Source: the human T2T-CHM13v2.0 reference genome, Homo sapiens. From it: a stretch of 64,000 bases of DNA. Within the stretch, counting starts at the first letter, position 1; every line of letters starts with the position of its first letter. Below the pieces are notes generated by a model that saw only the letters and a list, made by a program, of their open reading frames with translations, was not told the origin of the DNA and did not search any database. Positions 55,075-64,000 of this stretch are shown here, piece after piece. The stretch lies in NCBI RefSeq assembly GCF_009914755.1, contig NC_060925.1; one strand, 5' to 3'. The position numbers were made by a program, and so were the translations under genes.

Positions 55075-56331
55075 CAGTCATGCAACACTTACTGATGGAG
55101 ATAAATTCTGAGAAATGCATCACTAGGTTATTTCATCATTGTGTGACCATCATAGAGTGTACTTACACTAACCTAGATGCTATAGCCTACTACACACCTA
55201 GGGTATACGGTTATAGCCTATGGCTCTTAGGTTACAAACCTGTACAGCATATGACTGTTTTAAAATAAATTTAATGAGGCCAGGCATGGTGGCTCACACC
55301 TGTAATCCCGGCACTTTAGGAGGCCAAGGCAGGCGGATCAATTGAGGTCAGGAATTCAAGACCAGCCTGACCTACATGGGGAACGCCTGTCTCTACTGAA
55401 AACATGAAAATTAGCTGGGCATAATGGTGCACACCTGTAATCTTAGCTACTCAGGAGGCTGAGGCAGGAGAATCACCTGAACCTGGAGGTGGAGGTTGCA
55501 GTGCATTGGCACAATCTCGGCTCACTGGGATTACAGGTGTCAGCCACCACGCCTGGCCTCATTAAATTTATTTTAAAACATTTTAGTTCTTCAATAATAA
55601 ATCAACCTTAGCTTACTGGGACTTTTTTACTTTATAAACTTTTAATTTTTTAAACTTTTTGACTCTTGTAATAACACTTAGCTTAAAACACAAACACATT
55701 ATACAGCTGCACAAAAATATTTTCTTCCTTTATTACTCCATAAGCTTTTTTTTCTAGTTATAAATTATGGGTTTTTTTAATTTTTAAACATTTTTTGTTG
55801 AAAACTAAGGCACAAACACAAACATGAGCCGAGAGCTACATAGGATCAAGATCATCAACATCGCTGTCTTCCACCTCCACATCTTATCACACTGGAAGGT
55901 CTTCAGGGACAATAACATGCATGAAGCTGTCATCTCCTATGATAACAATCCCTTCTCGTGGAACACTTCCTGAAGGACTTGTTGAGACTTTTTAGAGTTA
56001 ACTTTTTGTTTTAAGTAGAAGTACACTCTAAAATAACAATAAAAAGTATAGTATAGAAAATACATAAACCAGTAACATAGTTACGTATTATTATTAAGTG
56101 TTATGTATTATACATAATTGCATTTCCACCTTTGTATATGACTGGCAGCACAGCAGGTTGGTTTACCCCAGCATCACTACAAACACGTGAATGAGTAATG
56201 CATTCCCCTAGGCCTTACAACAGCTGTGATGTCACCAGGTGACAGGAATTTTTCAAGTTCATCATAATCTTATGGGACCACCATTGTACATGTGGTCTGA
56301 TGCTGAAATGTCATTATGCAGTGCTTAACTA
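55075..56331 (-). mobile_element. Tigger3(b)-like TcMar DNA transposon with internal rearranged Alu
   Basis: TA-cagtcatgc left end; ataatcttatgggaccacc...gaaatgtcattatgcagtgc right end; characteristic body. Confidence 0.85.
55278..55558. mobile_element. Rearranged tail-less AluS with sense and antisense segments
   Basis: Sense Alu 55278-55503, antisense 3' piece about 55498-55527, antisense 5' piece 55527-55558. Confidence 0.9.
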
Positions 56332-59300
56332 CAGCTTAAGTAAGAGAGGTGGTGGTAGAGGTGAGAAGGCATATTTAATAAATATTGTGGCCACATCTCC
56401 ATAGAACCTGCACATAGATTACATGTGGGAAGAATCAAAGGTTTATGACTTGAACACTAAGTAGATGGTGGTTTCATGTACAGAAATGGAGAAGACTGGG
56501 TTGGAGCCCAGCTGGGATAGTGGTTAGGAAATTGAGAGTTCTGATAGGCTCTTCACAGTTTGAAATGACCACTGAATGCAAGACAGGAAGTGTCAAGTAG
56601 GCAGTTGAATTCATGAAAGAAGAACCCTGGGGGAGAGGACTGGACTGAAGGTATAAATATAGGAATCATTATCATTGAGGTGTGTGTAACACCTCTGGGA
56701 GAAAGCGTGGACCGAGAGGAGGTCCTGGGACTGAGTCTGGAGGCCTCTAAAGTTGAAAGTTTAGCTAAAAGAGAAGGAAAGGAGACCGTGGAGTGGTCAG
56801 AGAAGAAAGAAGGTGAAAGAATACAAGGAAAGTGTGGTTTTATGAAAACCATGAACAACAACAGAAAAAAAATTAAGAAGGAGGGTGTGGCCTGTGAATC
56901 CTTCGAAGCCTAGAACTGCATCTGGTTCACTTCCATATCCACAAGGTATATCATAGGGCCTGACACACAGTAAGTACTCAGGCAACAATTGCCAAGTGAC
57001 TAAATGAATAAATAAATGAATGGGCCAGCTATCTTAGACTCAGAGAAAGGGGTATAGGGGTGTGGGAAGTTCCCAGGGCCTAGATCCTATCTGGAAGAGC
57101 TATGGGGGAGGATAATAATAACAACATAGCCCTTACTTTATGCCAGGGGCAGGCACTCATTAATCCTCCCACAACCTTATCAGATAGAAACATCATTTAC
57201 AAACAAGAACACTCAGGAATAGGGTGGTTGTGTGGGAACCCGAGATCACACAGTGGTAACTGGCAGAGCCCAAGCAGTCTGGCTCTGCAATCCATGCACT
57301 TAAACATGACACCATAAAAGCTGTTGATATTTATGCAGTACTTCTTAAGTATGGTTCTGTAATTATAACAATCCTATAAGGGTAATAACATCATATAAGG
57401 AAACCAAGGCAAAGAGCTTGCAAGTGGTAGATCTTAGATTCAAAACCAAGTGTTTCTGACCTGGGGCTAAGCTCTATTCAGAATAGCCCAGCCCTGTATT
57501 TGTGGCCTCCTTGACCTCAGCAGAATATATTTCAGGATTATTCTGAGACTAATGCTTAGGTGTGGAGAAAATGCATCAGAAGCAGCAAGATGAGAAATAA
57601 AAACGTATTTTTTTTCTACTTCTAATTAGTCTCTTACAATCTGACTCTACTTGCACATAAATGGAGGCATTTCTGCATCTCCTAGAGATCCAGGAAGAGC
57701 CAGGTCTGGCCTGGCAGGAAGGAGCCTTCCTTTGCTTCCATTCCCTTTCTCCACGTCTATGCCTGGAAACAGAGAGAGATGAGAGGCTCAGCCCAGGAGG
57801 TTTGGGTTTATAATAGACCTTCCCAGGGCAAATGATGAACTCCTGACCTCTGCCTCCTGCTCCCTTCAGTGACTGGTGATAGCCATAATGACTATGATAA
57901 TGATAATGGTGATAAAAGGGTACTCATGAGAGTAGTGTGGTTTGGGGGTCTGGTAGACTTGGCTTCAAGTGTTAGTTTCACCATGGTTGAGCTTTAAGAC
58001 CTGTAGAATTCACTTTCCCTCCCTGAGTTTCAGTTTAATCACTTGAAATTTGAAGATAACAATCACAAATTCACACACTGTCATAGAGGTAAATGAAGTA
58101 ACTGGCTTTGTGCCTACCAAAATGCGTGACAGCTTATACACTGTCAATATATTCTTTTGAATCACACAATGACACTATGTGTAGGTGCTGTGCTTGGCAC
58201 TGGGGATATGGACCTCCTGGAGCTCAAAACCTTGTGAAGAAGAAAGACATTTTACAAGTAACTTTCTGTGCAATGAGGAATGTGAAGAAGTGCGAGTACT
58301 ATGGTAGCATAGAGTTAAGAGGAGCTTGGGGACAAGCTTACATATATGTACATTTCTTCCTTGTTCAATATGAAATCTATTGACAATAACCACCATCTTG
58401 CACATTTATACAGTTATAAACCATTTTCACACCAATCATTTGATTCTTTCAACACTCCATGGAAGTAGATAGGATTATGATCTTAGTTTCTCAGAAGAAG
58501 CTCAGAGCCTGGCTTATCAAGATCTCACAACAAATTATGAGTTGAGATGGGATTCGAGCTTACATCTCACCACTCCAAAACCTCTGCTTGATCCTCAACT
58601 TGGGAAGTCATCCTATGTGCTCAGTTCTGTATTGAAAGTGCACACAGATACAAGTAGAAAAGCCAGGCCTTCCCTCAGAAAGCCCCAGTCTGAGCAGGAA
58701 AACAAGACAAAAAAATCAGGGAGCTCTCAACTAAGAAGAGGACTGAGATACAATTTTTAAGGCTGTGAGAGCTGAGGAACATTTTAATTTGATAATTAAA
58801 AGTTAATGTTGCTTCCTTATAAATCAAAGGCTGATAAAACTAGGGCACCCTCAGGCACATATTTAGGAACTCAGTAAATAGTTGTGGCCTGAATGCTTGG
58901 GGACACCTATCTCAGGAGATTGCTAGCTGGCTCATAGAGGTAATGATACATGTCTAACCACTCAGCTGCAGGGACAGGAGTCCTTGGTCTATGCCAGGAT
59001 TTTTCTTCCTAGGAAACTCATCTTGGCTCTCTACTAAGCTGCTACGTGACCCTGGAGAAGTCCTTCTCTCTCTCTGGACTTCAATTTCCCCACTTAGAGG
59101 ACGGATTCAGTGACTTCTCAGGGCTCTTTCCACCATTATATCCTGAGTCTTATATCCTTCCAAAATCTCATCTTCCTGCTTTGCAGTATTCCTGTTGTTG
59201 TTGTTTTCTCTTTCATTTGGCCTCTAATTGAGGACAGATCTTGTCAGTCTTTCTACCTTATCTCCTTCAAGACACAAGTGCAAGGTCATTTTCCTTGGCA

Positions 59301-59972
59301 TGGCCCTGTGGGGAGAGCCTGCTGCGAGACAGCAGTTCAATCATTCCCCTACGCTAATGCAGTCTTTCCACTTGGCAGAGTGCACATCACTACTTTTCAA
59401 AGAAGTGTTCGAGGGTGCCAACATTCATGCTGAAATTATGTACTTTATCCTAGGGAAAAATAAAATGGTTCCTATCTGCTTTATTTGGTGTAGGCAGCTG
59501 GAAGAGCGAAAACAGGAAGAAGAAAGGTACAGGCAGGCACTTGGCATCTCTCCCTTCATTCTTTCTTCCTCTTTCTTCTCTAACTCTCTCATCTTGCCCC
59601 TTTTCTCTTCTCCCTCTTCATTCCTTTTCTTCTTCTGTTCCCCCTTTCCCACCTCTCTCTTTCTTCACTTTATAGTAGGGAAGGCAGACAAGGGAACAGT
59701 TTAAATGTACATATGCCTTTCAGGTGCTGTAAGAGACATAAGTGAAGACTGGGTGAAAGTATGGCTGAAGGAACCATTCAATTAGTGGTGGTCAGGAAAG
59801 ACTTTACAGAGGAGGTGACTATTAAGCAAGGTCTTGACAGATGAGAAGGTGTTCACCAAGGGAATAAGGAAAGGACCCTCCAGTGGAGAGAAAGACAGTG
59901 TAGGCAGAGGGAGCCTGTGGGCAAAAGCCCCAAGCCTAAAACCACTAGCCCATTGAGGGAACAATACATTGG

Positions 59973-60268
59973 GGCCCAGCGCAGTGGCTCATGCCTGTAA
60001 TCCCAGCTCTTTGGGAAGCTGAGGCAGGTGGATCATGAGGTCAGGAGGTCGAGACAATCCTGGTCAACATGGTGAAACCCTGGCTCTACTAAAAATACAA
60101 AAATTAGCTGAGTGTGGTAGTGCATGCCTGTAATCCCAGCTACTGGGAAGGCTGAGGCAGGAGAATTGCTTGAACCAGGGAGTCAAAGAATGCAGTGAGC
60201 CGAGATTGCGCCACAGCACTCCAGCCTCGCAACAGAGCAAGACTCCGTTTCAAAATAAAATAAATTAA
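59973..60268 (+). mobile_element. AluS (Sc-like)
   Basis: Full Alu with ggatcatgaggtcagg. Confidence 0.93.
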
Positions 60269-60605
60269 AGTGTTTAGCACAGTTGAAGAGCAGGGGAGGG
60301 GACACAGAGGGGGGTGAGGAAACAGACTAGAGAGGCTTCCAAAGACCCTTACATGGAAGGCCTTGTAAGTCACTAAGGAGTCATGAATTTTCCCTATAAA
60401 ACGGAAATAGAGAGCCACAGAAGTGTTTTATGAAATTATAACAGGATTACATTTACATTTTAGCAAGATTGTTCTGGAGGCTGTGACGAGAATTAGTGGT
60501 CATAAGACTCAAAGGCAGGTAGACTAGTTAGAACATTTTTGTTATAATCCAAGTGAGAACTAATTTAAAAATGATAAGGTCCTCAATTAAAGCAAGGGCT
60601 AGCTA

Positions 60606-60962
60606 GGACTGAGCGCGGTAGCTCATGCCTGTAATCCCAGCACTTTGGGAGACCGAGGTAGGTGGATCACCTGAGGTCAGGAGTTTGAGACCAGCCTGGG
60701 CAAAACACTGTCTCTACTAAGAAAAACAACAAAACAACAACAACAACAACAACAACAAAAAACAAAAATTAGCTGGGCATGGTGGCACGCCTGTAATCTC
60801 AGCAACCTGGGAGGCTGAGGCACGAGAATTGCTTGAACCCAGGAGACGGAGGTTGCAGTGAGCCGAGTTGGCACCACCGCACTACAGCCTGGGCTACGGA
60901 GCGAGACTTCATCTCAAAACAAAACAAAACAAAACAAAACAAAACAAAACAAAACAAAACAC
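60606..60962 (+). mobile_element. AluS with (CAA)n linker and (AAAAC)n tail
   Basis: Full Alu; TSD-like aaagcaagg on both sides. Confidence 0.93.
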
Positions 60963-63900
60963 AAAGCAAGGCCTGGGAGGATGTGAAGAAGCATCCAAAC
61001 ATGAGACCCACTACAAAGCAAGATTGACAGTTTGCAATATGGGACCTAAGTTTGGACTGATTCCCAGGTTTCTGGATTGAGGGGGGGCATCCACTGAGAT
61101 TGGAGATGTCACCATCTTATAAGTTTGAGCTGTATGTTTGCCTCCTTGGTACGTGTTCCCAGTTAGAGTGAGATGCTATCAGATGTGCTATGGTTATGAT
61201 ATTTTGATCCAAACAAGTTGATTTTTTCTAAATATGGCTATTTGAATGAAAAGAACGTTTCCCCCATGTAATCATGTGTTTTCCGTATAAATAGAACTCT
61301 TTATTAATATAAATTAAGCATAAGTGACTACAGAGGAGGTCTACCAAAAAAAAAAGTTAAGTATAAGCATTGCACACTTTTGTTAGGATACAGAATCAAA
61401 GGTTTTTTTTTAAAAAAAATTCAAACACTTACATACACATAATCAAATACTTAGGCCCTCTATTACAATGTAAATGGGATACTGGCGGGCTTTTCTGTAG
61501 CTATTGCTCTGCTATAGACATTCACTCCCTCCAAAGAGAGGACTTTTGATTTTTATGAACTGCTTCACTTAGCCAGAAAGCAGCAAGGAGTGAGGGAGTG
61601 GTTGTGAGAGTTAAGCAAGGGTTGGACAAGGAGGTGTGGGTAACAAACAAGCTTTATGTCTTGGATTGAAGGGAAGTCCCACAACAATGCAAGCCCCTTC
61701 ATCCATATCTACATAAAAACCTTCATCAAAATTAGACAGAATGAATTTGTGTCTTTTCTGGCTCTTCGAATTGTTTGGAGTTTTGCTCTCCTAGCCCCTT
61801 TCCTTTGACACATGAAATACTATCAACAACCTACACAACTTGTTTATAGTCATTATCTCATTCTTAATGTACCTGTTTTACAGATGAATGCATTGCTTAA
61901 GTTTACACAGCTAGTAAGCGTCAGAGCCAAGGATAAAATCTAGATCTATCCATAATACAAGTTCTTACCACTCTATCACTCTGTCTTGATTCCTTTATCT
62001 TTGGGTTTGTCATGGGGAGCCAAGAGCATGAATTATTTGTAGGCAAGGAATATATTTTCCACATGTGAATATCAGGTCCTCAAGAATCTGCCTTCGTCCC
62101 CAACCTCATTTCCTACTCTCTGCTGATAGGCAATCTATGCTTTCTCCATGCCAAATTGAGAGCTTCCAGACTGTGTGATGCTCCTCTGTGCCCTCCAAGG
62201 CTTTGCTCATTTTGTTCCCTCAGGCAGGAACACCTTGCCCTGCCCAGCCTTCCTCCAGGACCCAATATAAGCATCCCTTCCTCTAAAGGCTTCCCTACGC
62301 CATGTCCTTCTTCACGTCTATTGTCACTCAACCCTTCTTTTTTATTGTACCTATTTCACTGTTTCATTATTATTGCTTTGTGTCTCTATTTCTCCCACTG
62401 GACCAAGCACTCCTCAGGACCTGAAATCACATTGTCTTCATTTTAATAGGTCCAACATCTAGCGCAGTGTCTGGCACATAGTAGGTGCTAAGGAAATCCT
62501 TATTGAATGAATAGATGGATGAACTAATGATGGAGAAGATATTATCTTTGAGCAGAGACTCTCTCCATCCTTTATCTTCTCTGAGAAATGCTATTGTTTA
62601 ACAGGGAGAGAGAAAGGCAGACCTCAAAGTGATACAACGGGTAAAAAATTCTTCCCTATTCTCTGGGTTCTTTCTCTTTTTTTCTTCTTCTTGCTATTGG
62701 AACAAAAATAAAGAGTACATCATAAGCAAAGCTGTATTTTCTGTTTATTGCCACCAGGTTAATAACAGTAATGGTGTGAGAAGAAAATGAGGTGTTACGT
62801 AAAACCCCGCATTGCAGATTTTGCTGCTGATGTAAAGAACTCAATAAAGTGTAACACTTTAATCATGGAGATAAAAATCACACAGCAACTTCCCACAGGC
62901 TTTCAGAGCCTTAAGACAAAATAGTTGTGGGGAAATGAGAGATGAGAGAAGAATATTATCAGGCATCAGAAAAGTTGTGCTTGGGCTTTTTTTTTTCCTT
63001 CTCTAAAAAATGGAATAAGCTTTTTATATCTACTTCCAAGACACCTTGCATGAATTTCTGTATTCTCTGGAGGACATGCTCAAACTTCTGGAGGAGGATT
63101 TGCTCATTCTTTGTAAAAATGGATTTGTTTACAGAGAACTAAAATTCCTGTCTCTTAGTTGACTTCATGGCATTTTAGGAAAACAGAGGCAGTCTCTAAA
63201 AATGAAAGAAGGATTTAGATGGAGGTAAAGAGGCTGGTGATAATAAAGTCTCGGTTTCTATGATGGTCTGGAATTCAGGAAAAACATCATAGTAGAAGAT
63301 GGGAACTCTTGTGCCAACTCTGACACTTTGGAGAAATCACCTTCTTGCCTCTGTTCCTCAGTTTCATCATTCTTCAAAAAAGGATCTCCAAAGGGATGCA
63401 CTACATGATCTCCAAAGGGATTCCAGATCTGACACTCCATAGTCTGTGAGGCTCCCAGCAAGAAGGCCAGTTGGTGGTTTAGCTCTTGGCATTTGCTGTT
63501 GTGGTTCTGGACTACTGCAGTAGGCTCCCAGCTGGCCTCTCTGTTTCTACTCAAAATACCTCCTTCCTTTCCCCATCACCTAAATCCATTTTCCATCCTG
63601 CAGCCAGAGTGATCTATGAATAACAAGAGGAAACTATGCATACACCCTGGAAACTATATGTGCACTGCTATAAGATGGCACGAGGAGGGGTCATGCAGAG
63701 AAGGGGTCTAAGATTAGAGATCTGGGCTCAAACACTGAACTGTCTGTGTGACTTCAAAGGAGTTACTTTATGTCTCCAATTCTCAGTTTCTTTACCAGTC
63801 AAAAGAAGGTTACAATGAGATCACTCATGTCACCAAGCTGACATGGGTTAAATGAGCTAGTGCATGTCCAAGTGCCTGAAACATAGGAGGTGTTCAGTAA

Positions 63901-64000
63901 TCTTTTTCATACCATAATAATTATTTCAGGTGTAATTAAAAATGAGGGCATATTCTAGGGCTGTGCTGTATACGTAGTCATTTGTGACTACTTAAATTTA

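Noticed and set aside
59228-59704. 158-aa plus-strand ORF
   Set aside because: TTG start, low-complexity C-terminus, no recognisable domain, antisense to AGBL4.
61110-61500. AT-rich block with A runs resembling a processed pseudogene 3' UTR
   Set aside because: No ORF or TSD recognised. More likely an old DNA transposon fragment, but I could not assign the family.

Overview
Primate (most likely human) genomic DNA lying entirely inside one large minus-strand gene. I recognise it as AGBL4 (cytosolic carboxypeptidase 6/CCP6, an M14-family tubulin deglutamylase). Only two coding exons are present. Exon 47614-47766 (KTSLEFYIDIHAHS...EDFSY) carries the third Zn-ligand His, and exon 43768-43930 (SSTSFNRD...YTLEVSF...TEEA) carries the catalytic Glu. 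The rest is intron filled with Alu/FLAM, MIR, L2, old L1, MaLR and MLT2 solo LTRs, hAT and Tigger DNA transposons, and microsatellites; nearly all other listed ORFs are artefacts. The most notable signal is that the catalytic exon ends at a U12-type (minor spliceosome) donor, T|GTATCCTT. It opens an intron of at least 43.7 kb and is followed 91 and 111 nt later by two strong U2-type donors and an in-frame stop, a candidate minor-intron switch on CCP6. There is also a fossil multi-template-switch rearrangement of an Alu within Tigger3 (54-bp inverted arms) and a TSD-bounded chimera of an Alu head, an L1 ORF1 fragment and a purine tail. I found no evidence for a wholly new gene system. Repeat subfamily calls and boundaries were made by eye and are approximate unless a TSD is quoted.
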